Assembly: GCA_964531105.1 (NCBI GenBank)
Contig: CAZHFN010000002.1
Location: forward strand, 38,322-102,321
From: an uncultured Treponema sp.
GTDB lineage: Bacteria; Spirochaetota; Spirochaetia; Treponematales; Rectinemataceae
Reading direction: 5' to 3'
DNA length: 64,000 nucleotides
The notes under the pieces were generated by a model that worked only from the letters and a program-made list of their open reading frames with translations, made no database searches and had not been told where the DNA came from. Both the position numbers and the translations under genes were made by a program. Below, one piece after another: positions 1 through 8,340 of the stretch. Numbering within the stretch: position 1 is the stretch's first letter; each line of letters opens with the position of its first letter.

Positions 1-1273
1 GCCTTTCCTTCAAAGCTTGAGAAATTGTACCTTCGGATGAGGTGCCGGGCACCCATTTCATGCGGGAAACAAGCCAGGCATGGATGAGTGCGGCTTTTTT
101 CTGAAGATTTCTTTCCCTGCCGATTATCTGTGCCGCCAGACTTTTAATTTCCTTGCTGCCCGAAGGCAGGAGACTTTCCTCATTCAGATAGGGCTGCAAA
201 AAGAGGGGTGCAGTGCCTGGAGCCGAGGGATTCGCATAGGGTCCTGCAAACCCTTCCTTGTACGAAGAAAGCTCGGTCTCGACGCTGTGGACGGTTACTT
301 GGAGAGTCCTGGAAATCCTGGTCACACCCTGAATAGGTCCTTCCACCCTGATCAGAGAAACACGACCGTTAGACCCCAGCGACGAAGGGTGGCTTTCTTC
401 CTGAACCTCATCGAAGCTCTGGGAAAACGAGCTGGCCGGGTTGGGCGCATGAATTACCAGAGCACCGTCCGAATCAGAATCCTTTCGACTGATCTCCACT
501 TCAAAGCCAAGCGTGTAGGTGACAGGATTGAAACGGTATTTGCTGCCGGAATTCTGGCTCAAGCTCAGGCTGAAGGGTTCAGAAAGGCCATGGGGAGTGC
601 TCACCACCAGAGGACCCGAGCCAGCCTCTTCAGGAACCCGAACCGCAATCACCTTGTCATCCCAGCTTTCATACATAAGACTATTCTCGGGCTGCACAAA
701 ATTTTCCGACTCTTCTAAGGCGCTTTTTCTGTCCATGGGGGAATCCAGTGCCATGAGCCCGGGATTTCGTGAAAACAGGACCTGGCTGGCCTGGAATTCG
801 GAGCCAAAGTTAATGCCCCCGATTTCCACCAGGGCTCCCACTCCGGCTTCCTGGGGAACAACCGAAAGTATCGAAGGCCCAGTAGGTGCGTGGGGAAGAC
901 CTGCTGGTTTGATGGGTAGTCTGCGCTGGGCTATCAGGACTTCGGGTTTGCTTTTCCCCAGAGAGGTTTGCACCTGGAGCAGTCCCGAATCTATGCTCGA
1001 GGGGAGCAAAAATACTATTTCATGCTCCTCCCACGACAGGTAGGAAGAATTCGTTAGCGCCGCTCCATCCAACAGCAACATGGCTTTGCCAAGGTCATCC
1101 CCGCTATCCTTGCCGAAATTTCTGCCCGATACGCGTATTTCCTCGCCAGGAACAAAGACCAGGGGCTGGATGGAATCTATGACAGGAAGTTGGGTGCTCA
1201 GGTAGATAAGAATTATACCCGCCAGGCCTAGGACAATAAGAATCGCGACAGCGATGTTCCAGGTACGCTTCAT
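1..1273 (-). CDS. IPT/TIG-repeat protein with transglutaminase-like region (N-terminal part; continues past window start)
   Basis: Own minus-strand translation from ATG 1273-1271: MKRTWNIAVAILIVLGLAGIILIY (TM anchor). Two IPT/TIG-like units follow (PVIDSIQPLVFVPGEEIRVSGRNFG; PSILSVVPQEAGVGALVEIGGINFG). Near position 1 comes LAAQIIGRERNLQKKAALIHAWLVSRMKW, a pattern typical just before transglutaminase-like cores. Open to the window edge, so absent from the ORF track. Confidence 0.6.
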   Translation of the reverse strand, partial: MKRTWNIAVAILIVLGLAGIILIYLSTQLPVIDSIQPLVFVPGEEIRVSGRNFGKDSGDDLGKAMLLLDGAALTNSSYLSWEEHEIVFLLPSSIDSGLLQVQTSLGKSKPEVLIAQRRLPIKPAGLPHAPTGPSILSVVPQEAGVGALVEIGGINFGSEFQASQVLFSRNPGLMALDSPMDRKSALEESENFVQPENSLMYESWDDKVIAVRVPEEAGSGPLVVSTPHGLSEPFSLSLSQNSGSKYRFNPVTYTLGFEVEISRKDSDSDGALVIHAPNPASSFSQSFDEVQEESHPSSLGSNGRVSLIRVEGPIQGVTRISRTLQVTVHSVETELSSYKEGFAGPYANPSAPGTAPLFLQPYLNEESLLPSGSKEIKSLAAQIIGRERNLQKKAALIHAWLVSRMKWVPGTSSEGTISQALKER

Positions 1274-1300
1274 GCCACTTCCGATGCAGCCACGGTTCTG

Positions 1301-1885
1301 CTATCGCTCCGCAGGCCTGTCTACCTTGATTTCCACCGCCACAGGAGCTCCTGACTTGTAATCGGCACCCAGGGGGTAGAAATAAATCCTAGCACCCAGG
1401 GGTATGCTCATGGACTGCATAGTCGTCTTGTAGCTGAGTGAATTATCCTCGGTTTTTACCCAAATTTGCCCTTGAATGAAGAGGTCTACGATTGGGTCGC
1501 GGAAGCCCATGGGCAATACCTGCACTAAAATTACAAGGTTTTTCCCCATGAGCCTGAGGTCCAGGGGAGCGGCTAAGGGCAGGCTTCTTACCAGGGATTC
1601 GCTCCAATCGATAGCAGACACAGGAGACTGCAAGCGAGTCGACTCACCTGCGGCCTTTTCCCCTGACGTTTCTCCTTTATCGCCTGTCTTGGGCTGGAGA
1701 AGTTTTACATCGGCCGCGCTTAATGAAAATGCAGATCGAACAGTAAAGCTGAGTATGGGGATAGGGGCGGCCTCCGGCACAGCGCCAGTCTGGGCAACAG
1801 CCCTCGCTGCAGCCGCGAAGGCCAGAAGTAAGAAAAGGGAGATCCTGAATACTTCGCCTTTTCTTTCCGAAATCTGACGATTCAC
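1301..1885 (-). CDS. Secreted protein of unknown function, distal gene of the ECF sigma/anti-sigma cassette
   Basis: 194-aa ORF. Signal-peptide-like N-terminus (FRISLFLLLAFAAAARAVAQ). GTG start overlaps the anti-sigma stop as GTGA (1885-1882). No recognisable catalytic motif. Confidence 0.6.
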   Translation of the reverse strand: MNRQISERKGEVFRISLFLLLAFAAAARAVAQTGAVPEAAPIPILSFTVRSAFSLSAADVKLLQPKTGDKGETSGEKAAGESTRLQSPVSAIDWSESLVRSLPLAAPLDLRLMGKNLVILVQVLPMGFRDPIVDLFIQGQIWVKTEDNSLSYKTTMQSMSIPLGARIYFYPLGADYKSGAPVAVEIKVDRPAER

Positions 1886-2472
1886 CTCGTTGCGCTCCCA
1901 TAGGAAGTAGTTGTCGGTTCCAGCACGAAGCCTTCGGAATCCGAAACGATAAGGGGATTCCCCGGCTGGTAAAAAACGGATTCGCTGGGTATTTCGATCA
2001 TGACAGGCTGAACGGATTGCTGCCTCAAGTATTGGGCCATCATTTCAAGGCTGGCTGCCTGGACAGTGATAGAACCGGAAGCCGCAGCCATGGCTGGCGA
2101 TCTATCCCTAAAAAGACCCATGGTAGCTCCAAAGAGAAGCACAAAGGCCGCTGCTGAAATAGCCAGAAAGGGCATTGGCAGGGCTACCCTGCGTGACCAA
2201 AGCTCGCTTACCCATGCCGCGCGGGAGGCAGTGGCTTTCCTGTTCCGGGTACTGAAGTCGATGGAAGCGCCTATCCTGGATTTCGCCAGGCTCAAGGCAC
2301 GGCTTTCTTCTGAAGTAAATCCCCGAGCCATGGTTTGGGAGAGGGCGCGATATTCCGCAACATGGGCAGTGCATCTGGAACAACCTGAAATATGGCTATC
2401 CAATCTCTCCTTCCAGGGTGAAGGCACTTCGCCGTCCGCATGGGCAGATAAAAGCGCATCATCAGGACACAT
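1882..2472 (-). CDS. Anti-sigma factor (zf-HC2 type, single-pass membrane)
   Basis: N-terminal H-x3-C-x2-C motif (HISGCSRCTAH). One TM segment (LPMPFLAISAAAFVLLFGATMGLF). Overlaps the upstream ECF sigma gene by 11 nt. Confidence 0.75.
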   Translation of the reverse strand: MCPDDALLSAHADGEVPSPWKERLDSHISGCSRCTAHVAEYRALSQTMARGFTSEESRALSLAKSRIGASIDFSTRNRKATASRAAWVSELWSRRVALPMPFLAISAAAFVLLFGATMGLFRDRSPAMAAASGSITVQAASLEMMAQYLRQQSVQPVMIEIPSESVFYQPGNPLIVSDSEGFVLEPTTTSYGSATR

Positions 2473-3106
2473 GGGGATCCTCCCTGTTCATACGCTTGAG
2501 AAGGGCTTCGCGAGCACGGAATGCCCGTACCTTCACGTTGCCCTCGCTAATCCCAAGTACTTTTCCTATTTCCTTGTAGTTCATACCGCCATACTCTTTT
2601 AACACCAGCACCGTCTTGAGCTTTTCTGGAAGCAGGTCCAGACAGGCGCGCAGCTCATCGGCAGCCTCGTTGCGCAATACCTCATCTTCCACCGAAGCCT
2701 GGACGCCGGCTTCAGTGCCTGTCTCCTTGATGGACAGGGCTCCGGCTTCCGTATTTTCCACCGGCGAAGCTTCGCTTCTCCACCACTTCTCGTAGGCTTT
2801 TGTCTCCCTACCCTTCCGTTTGGCATAATTGATGGCTGCGTTCTTCACTACCCTGATAAGCCAGTACTTGGCATCGTTCTTGGTAGGAAAAACCATATTT
2901 TTTTCCACAAGCTTGCCAAAGGCATCGTGAACTATGTCCTCCGAGGCTTCGGTGGAGTTGCTGATGCGCAGCGCAACCCTGAGCAGCATATCGACATTAT
3001 CTTCGTATATCTGTCTAAAACTGAGATCGTCATGCCGCTCACCAGAAGATAACAATGTCGCGTCCCCTATGTTACGTGGCCTTCTCAGGCCTTGGTTAGC
3101 TTCCAC
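2462..3106 (-). CDS. ECF-type RNA polymerase sigma factor (sigma-70 family, group 4)
   Basis: 214 aa. Region 2 (FRQIYEDNVDMLLRVALRI ... DIVHDAFGKL) and region 4 HTH (MNYKEIGKVLGISEGNVKVRAFRAREAL). Followed by a zf-HC2 anti-sigma gene. Confidence 0.85.
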   Translation of the reverse strand: MEANQGLRRPRNIGDATLLSSGERHDDLSFRQIYEDNVDMLLRVALRISNSTEASEDIVHDAFGKLVEKNMVFPTKNDAKYWLIRVVKNAAINYAKRKGRETKAYEKWWRSEASPVENTEAGALSIKETGTEAGVQASVEDEVLRNEAADELRACLDLLPEKLKTVLVLKEYGGMNYKEIGKVLGISEGNVKVRAFRAREALLKRMNREDPHVS

Positions 3107-4521
3107 ACAGTCCCGCCGGGACCATCTTCGAGGGTGACTCCCAAATCCTTGAGTTCCTGCCGCAGCGCATCAGCCGCAGCCCAGTCCTTGGACTTCTTGG
3201 CCTCACTTCGCTTGTCCACCAAGGCCTGAATTCTCTCTCGCTCCCCTGTGGATATTTGCACTTCCTCCCTCTTGGCCGCTGCCAGCCCGATGCCGAGGAC
3301 AGAATCCATATCCAGGGCTGCCGCCACAGCCTGGGCGGGGGCCAGGGAGGAATCCCTTAAAACGCCCCATAGCTCGGCAAGAGCCCTGGGCACCGCCAGG
3401 TCTTCTGCCAGAAGCCTGTCAAAGCTGTCCAGTCTTTCCCTTACTCCAGGCTGGAAGGATGCCGGGTTGGAAGCTGGCGCCTTCGCCGCCAATTCCTTCA
3501 AGTCCAGGAACCTGTCTATCATAGCCTTCCTCGAAGCCCTGGCCTGCTCCATGGCCTCGCTGGAAAAACTGAGCTGGCTTCTATAATGTCCGCCCAGGCA
3601 AAAAAACCTGTAGTCTAGAGGATTGAAGCCCGAATCCACCAGGTTTTGCAGAGTAATAAAACCACCCTTGGATTTGGACATCTTGCCCTTATCCAGAACC
3701 AGGAATTCTGCATGAAGCCAGTATCTCACCCAGGGTTTGCCGGTGGCAGCTTCGGATTGGGCTATTTCGTTCGTATGGTGGACCGGTATATGGTCCACGC
3801 CACCTGCGTGGATATCGAAGGACTCGCCCAGGTACTTCATGCTCATAGCTGAGCATTCTACATGCCAGCCAGGATATCCCCTGCCCCAGGGGCTGTCCCA
3901 AAGCAGAGCCTGATTCTCAAATTTGGACTTGGTGAACCAGAGGACAAAATCCTGGGGATTCTTCTTGTTTTCATCCACCTCTATCCTAGCCCCTGCCTTG
4001 AGATCATCCAGCCTCAGGTTGGCCAAGGCCCCGTAATGGGAAAACTTGCTTACATCGAAATAGAGATTGCCGCCTGCCGAATAGGTATAGCCTGAGGTTT
4101 CAATGCGGCGAATCAGCGCTATCATGTCGCCTATATGCTCGGTGGCCCGGCATACGACGGTAGGTCTGGCTATGCCCAGCCTATCGGTGTCTGAAAAAAA
4201 GGCATCGGTATAGTACTCGGCGATCTGGAGAACGCTTTGCCCCCTTTCCCTGGCGCTCCGAACCATTTTGTCCTCGCCCGAGTCGTCGTCGCCTGAAAGG
4301 TGGCCGACATCGGTCACGTTCATCACATGGGTTACGTCCAAACCGAAACGGCGAAGACTCCGCACCAGGATATCCTCAAATATGTAGGTTCTCAGGTTTC
4401 CGATGTGGGCAAAGTTGTAAACAGTGGGACCACAGCCATAAAAACCCACCTTGCCGGGCACGAGGGGGAAAAATTCTTGAAGAGTACGGCCCATTGTATT
4501 GAAAAGCTTAATGACGGGCAC
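3085..4521 (-). CDS. cysS: Cysteinyl-tRNA synthetase
   Basis: 478 aa. HIGH-type motif AHIGNLRTY, KMSKSKG motif, and class I CysRS layout with a C-terminal DALR-like helix region. Confidence 0.95.
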   Translation of the reverse strand: MPVIKLFNTMGRTLQEFFPLVPGKVGFYGCGPTVYNFAHIGNLRTYIFEDILVRSLRRFGLDVTHVMNVTDVGHLSGDDDSGEDKMVRSARERGQSVLQIAEYYTDAFFSDTDRLGIARPTVVCRATEHIGDMIALIRRIETSGYTYSAGGNLYFDVSKFSHYGALANLRLDDLKAGARIEVDENKKNPQDFVLWFTKSKFENQALLWDSPWGRGYPGWHVECSAMSMKYLGESFDIHAGGVDHIPVHHTNEIAQSEAATGKPWVRYWLHAEFLVLDKGKMSKSKGGFITLQNLVDSGFNPLDYRFFCLGGHYRSQLSFSSEAMEQARASRKAMIDRFLDLKELAAKAPASNPASFQPGVRERLDSFDRLLAEDLAVPRALAELWGVLRDSSLAPAQAVAAALDMDSVLGIGLAAAKREEVQISTGERERIQALVDKRSEAKKSKDWAAADALRQELKDLGVTLEDGPGGTVWKLTKA

Positions 4522-4584
4522 AGGGGCATCCTCCAGCGGTGGACTTGAAATTGAACTTCGCAGCGATCAGAATAGGGCGCGAAT

Positions 4585-5532
4585 ATGGAAAAGCTATGGC
4601 AAATCGCCCGAAAAATCAATATGGACCCGGCTAGGATACTCCAATCCGAGCCTATGGCCAAGCATACGAGCTTCGGAATCGGCGGACCGGCTGATTATTT
4701 CCTGAGGATTAGCTCGGTTTCCGAGCTGGCCAGAATCCTGAAAGCCCTGAACGATGCAGACGAAAGCTTTTTCCTCCTTGGCGGAGGCGCTAATATCCTT
4801 GTAGGCGATAGAGGCATCAGGGATTGGGTTCTGGATATCAGAGAAGTATCGGGAAGCGGGCTTCGGCCTCAAAAGAACAGCGCTGACCGCCCCCTCCTGT
4901 TCTCCGGAGCAGGCATCACGATTGACGGACTTTGTGAGGAAGCTTTGGCATTGGAATTGGAGGGTTTGGAAAACTTCTATGGCATGCCCGGAAGCCTCGG
5001 CGGAGCGATCTATATGAACGCCCGCTGTTATGAGAAGGATATATCCGAATCCCTTTACAGCCTTGAAGCGATATCCCCCCAAGGCGAATTGAAAATTCTC
5101 GATCCTTCCTCCCAGACCTGGGCTTATAAACGCTCGCCCTTCCAGCCTGGGGGGGCGTGGGAAGGCTTCATTATCACAGGCGCAAGCTTTCACCTTTGTA
5201 GAGGCGATGCCCTGGCCATTGCCTCGGTCATGCGTAGCAGAAAGGCCGATAGGGTTTCCAAAGGCCATTACCGCTACCCTTCCGCAGGATCCATGTTCAA
5301 GAACGATAGGGCCTTTGGAAAGCCTACCGGGGCAATCCTGGACAGCTTGGGCTTCAAGGGCAGAAGACGGGGAGATGCGGCAGTCTCGCCCTGGCATGCC
5401 AACATTTTTGTAAATCTCGGCAAGGCATCGGCCAGTGACATGAGGCTTCTAATCGAAGATGCGCAAGAAGCCGCCTTTAAGGCCTTTGGGTTGAGACTAG
5501 AGCCGGAAGTCCTTTTCGTGGGAGAGTTTTAA
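4585..5532 (+). CDS. murB: UDP-N-acetylenolpyruvoylglucosamine reductase
   Basis: 315 aa. N-terminal MAKHTSFGIGGPADYF FAD-binding signature and C-terminal MurB-type domain (SAGSMFKN ... GDAAVSPWHANIFVN). Confidence 0.92.
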   Translation: MEKLWQIARKINMDPARILQSEPMAKHTSFGIGGPADYFLRISSVSELARILKALNDADESFFLLGGGANILVGDRGIRDWVLDIREVSGSGLRPQKNSADRPLLFSGAGITIDGLCEEALALELEGLENFYGMPGSLGGAIYMNARCYEKDISESLYSLEAISPQGELKILDPSSQTWAYKRSPFQPGGAWEGFIITGASFHLCRGDALAIASVMRSRKADRVSKGHYRYPSAGSMFKNDRAFGKPTGAILDSLGFKGRRRGDAAVSPWHANIFVNLGKASASDMRLLIEDAQEAAFKAFGLRLEPEVLFVGEF

Positions 5533-5605
5533 GCTAGGAAGGTTCTGCAATAGCAGGTTATTTCGACTTGCGCTGGATGCCTACAGACCCTACACTAGGA
5601 TAAGG

Positions 5606-8248
5606 ATGAACGTTTTTCTGGAGCCTGCAGGTATATTTGCCGTCGTGATGGCCGTCGGCCTGGTAGCCCCTTATTTATCCGACAGGATAGGAATACCGGT
5701 AGTAGCCTCAATGACCTTGGCGGGAATCCTGCTTGGGCCGGAACTGCTGGGACTCCTGGAACCCGGCGCCCTGCTTCAGCTCTTCGGTTCTCTCGGCCTC
5801 GTATTTGTATTCTTCAGCGCCGGAGCCGAAACCAATCTGGGAATCATCAAGCGGCGCCCCCTTCCCAGCATTCTCTTCGGGTTTCTTACATTCGTCCTCC
5901 CCTTCGCCGCCGGATTCATCTTCGGCTATTTTTTCTTCGGACGAACAATAGTCTCCGCCCTCATCCTGGGAGCCTTTTTCGCCTCCTCGGGATCCAGGAT
6001 GTTCGCCGGACTTCTTCGCCAGGACCTCTTGGTAAGGGAATCCTCGGAAATAGGCGTGGCAGGTGCCGGCTTGTCGCGAATCGCCGTAGCCATCCTGCTC
6101 TTTGTCTCCAGTTTCACAGCAGCTGATCCGCTCATACTTCCTTCTCTTTCCACCATTGCGCTCTGGCTTCTCTATTTTCTTGTCCTTGGCTTCTCCCTGC
6201 CTCGCTTCGCGCCCTTCGTTCTGCGCAGCATGCGCACCCAAGGCGGGATCGATGCAATGTTCCTGCTTTTTCTTATTTATGCCAGCGCAAGCCTCGCTAG
6301 CCTCCTGGGACTCCCTAGCTACCTGGGAGCCCTGTATTCGGGCATGCTGCTTTCCACATCCCTTTCCTCATCCAAGACCATTCCCTCCCGGATAGGGCTG
6401 CTGGGTGAATCCTTCTTTCTTCCCTTTCTCTTTGTTTTCATTGGAGCCTCAGCCAATTTCTCCCAGATCCAATCCCTGCCCAGGGTCCTGCCTTTCATCG
6501 TGGCTTCGGTATTCCTGGGTCTGGGCTCCAAGGTTCTTGCCGCTTACATCACAGGCAAGGTCTTAAGGCTTTCGCCTGAAGACCGTGGACTCCTCTTCGG
6601 CTTTTCTTCCTGTTTTTCAGGCTTTTCCCTGGCCACCGCCTCTGTGGCTGGCAGTTCGGGCTATTTCGATCAGCCCCTCCTCGGGGGCGCGGTGATACTT
6701 ATAATACTTTCCAGCAGTCTCACTTCGCTTGCAGCCCGGCATTCAGGCTCGGCATTGCTCCGAAGGAATCTTGGCGAACCTGCGAAGTCACAGAGAAAGG
6801 CTACAAGCAGCGAGGGCTCTGATCCAGATCAGGGGACAGCTAAGCCATGGAGCCTAAAACCAGAGCTTGGCCGGGCAAAAGAACACCAAGCCCGAAGCGG
6901 TTTTAACCACGGGGTACGCCGAATTCTCATTGCCCTCTCCAAGCCCGCATCCGCCCATTTTCTTATGGAACTGGGGGAAACCCTCCAGAACAAAGGTTCC
7001 TCCTCTCCCCTCTATCCCCTTGTCGTGATTTCTGAACAGGAAAACGAGCAAAGAGGAAGGGCTGAGACGATGCTTGCTGCGGCGATAATGAGGGGCTTGG
7101 ATCCCCAAACCCCTGTAAGCCCTCTCTATAAAGTTGAAATGAACGCTGCCAGCGGAATCCTCCAAAGCGCCCAGGAGCAGGGGGCTGACACTATCCTCGT
7201 GGGCTGGCATAAGCCACCCCGTCTCGCCAATGCCTTTTTCGGTTCGGTGATAGACCAAATTCTCAACTCAAGCGATCTGAGGATACTCGTGGCAAGACTG
7301 GTATCTCCTCTCCATTCCTCCCACATTATCGCCGTCCTTCCACCTCTTTGCTCCAGCCATGAAGGCTTCCATGGAGCCGTCTCTATTCTGGAATCCTTGG
7401 GTAAGAAGCATCAAGCCAAGGTGCATCTTCTGACCCTCAAGGGGCATGGATCCAGTCTATTCAAGTCCCTGAGGGAGTCGGGCTGCAGCCTTAGTATCAT
7501 CCCCATCGAGATGGATACCTGGAAGGATATAAAAAAGGCTCTGGCTACCATACCCGGGCAATCGAGATTTTTCCTTCTTTTCAGCGCTCGCCCTTCCGAA
7601 CCATCCTGGCACCCTGCCGTGGAGCGTCTTCCCCATAGAATTGGCGAGGAATTCCCCCAATCCAACCTAATGATAATCTACATGGCCAGAAAGCAAGAGC
7701 CTTTCTTGGCGGGAACTATTTCGTCATCGGGAGAATCCCTCGAGGCCGAAAATCTCAGCACTCAAGCGCGGGATAACTACGCTGAGCGGAGTGCGAGTCC
7801 TGCCCTCATGGGTATCCTGGAAACAGCCCTAGCCCAGGGAACCGTGCGGGTGAACATGAGGCATGGTGCCATAGCCGATGGTATTTTCGAGCTGGTTTCC
7901 TCAGCCTTTCCCTTCGACAGGAGAGTATCCAGCAGACTGAGCAATCTTCTCACCGAAAACGTCCAGCGCCAGCCCATTGAGATTTCCCCCGGCATCCTCC
8001 TCCTGCACGAGCGCTTGGAAGGCATAAGGAGCCCTATCGTCTGCCTGGGGTCCCAGCGTCAGGGTTTCAGGATATCCCTGTTGGAGAAGCCAGCTAAAAT
8101 CCTCATCATCATTCTCGTACCCGAAGACGAAAAACCCGAAGGACATCTCGCCCTCCTGGGGGACATCGCAAGCCTCTTTAGGAAAAAAGACCTGGGGCGC
8201 CGCCTCCTGGAGGCTGAGAAACCCGAAGATCTACTGCCCCCGGCTTAA
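5606..8248 (+). CDS. CPA2-type cation/proton antiporter fused to USP-like and PTS EIIA(Ntr)-like domains
   Basis: 880 aa. About 385 aa of polytopic Na+/H+-exchanger-like TM region and a charged linker. USP-like region (ILVGWHKP ... FFGSVIDQILNSSDLRILV). C-terminal about 140 aa align by eye to PtsN: GILLLHERLEG vs GIAIPHGKLEE, and ILVPEDEKPEGHLALLGDIA vs LLVPADQTKTHLHTLSLVA. Confidence 0.8.
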   Translation: MNVFLEPAGIFAVVMAVGLVAPYLSDRIGIPVVASMTLAGILLGPELLGLLEPGALLQLFGSLGLVFVFFSAGAETNLGIIKRRPLPSILFGFLTFVLPFAAGFIFGYFFFGRTIVSALILGAFFASSGSRMFAGLLRQDLLVRESSEIGVAGAGLSRIAVAILLFVSSFTAADPLILPSLSTIALWLLYFLVLGFSLPRFAPFVLRSMRTQGGIDAMFLLFLIYASASLASLLGLPSYLGALYSGMLLSTSLSSSKTIPSRIGLLGESFFLPFLFVFIGASANFSQIQSLPRVLPFIVASVFLGLGSKVLAAYITGKVLRLSPEDRGLLFGFSSCFSGFSLATASVAGSSGYFDQPLLGGAVILIILSSSLTSLAARHSGSALLRRNLGEPAKSQRKATSSEGSDPDQGTAKPWSLKPELGRAKEHQARSGFNHGVRRILIALSKPASAHFLMELGETLQNKGSSSPLYPLVVISEQENEQRGRAETMLAAAIMRGLDPQTPVSPLYKVEMNAASGILQSAQEQGADTILVGWHKPPRLANAFFGSVIDQILNSSDLRILVARLVSPLHSSHIIAVLPPLCSSHEGFHGAVSILESLGKKHQAKVHLLTLKGHGSSLFKSLRESGCSLSIIPIEMDTWKDIKKALATIPGQSRFFLLFSARPSEPSWHPAVERLPHRIGEEFPQSNLMIIYMARKQEPFLAGTISSSGESLEAENLSTQARDNYAERSASPALMGILETALAQGTVRVNMRHGAIADGIFELVSSAFPFDRRVSSRLSNLLTENVQRQPIEISPGILLLHERLEGIRSPIVCLGSQRQGFRISLLEKPAKILIIILVPEDEKPEGHLALLGDIASLFRKKDLGRRLLEAEKPEDLLPPA

Positions 8249-8281
8249 GTTAGGCGCATTTCTACGAATAAATAAGACAGC

Positions 8282-8325
8282 AAAAAGGGGAGGCCGTCCT
8301 TTCGGACGGCCTCCCCAACTTTATT
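8282..8325. terminator. Bidirectional intrinsic terminator between convergent genes
   Basis: Perfect 13-bp GC-rich stem GGGGAGGCCGTCC (8287-8299) / GGACGGCCTCCCC (8304-8316) with loop TTTC. AAAAA lies upstream and a T-rich stretch downstream. Confidence 0.75.
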
Positions 8326-8340
8326 ACGCCACACTTAGTC

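Noticed and set aside
80-1043. Two plus-strand ORFs (212 and 174 aa)
   Set aside because: Antisense to the IPT/TIG protein gene, which reads open to the window edge and has clear domain patterns.
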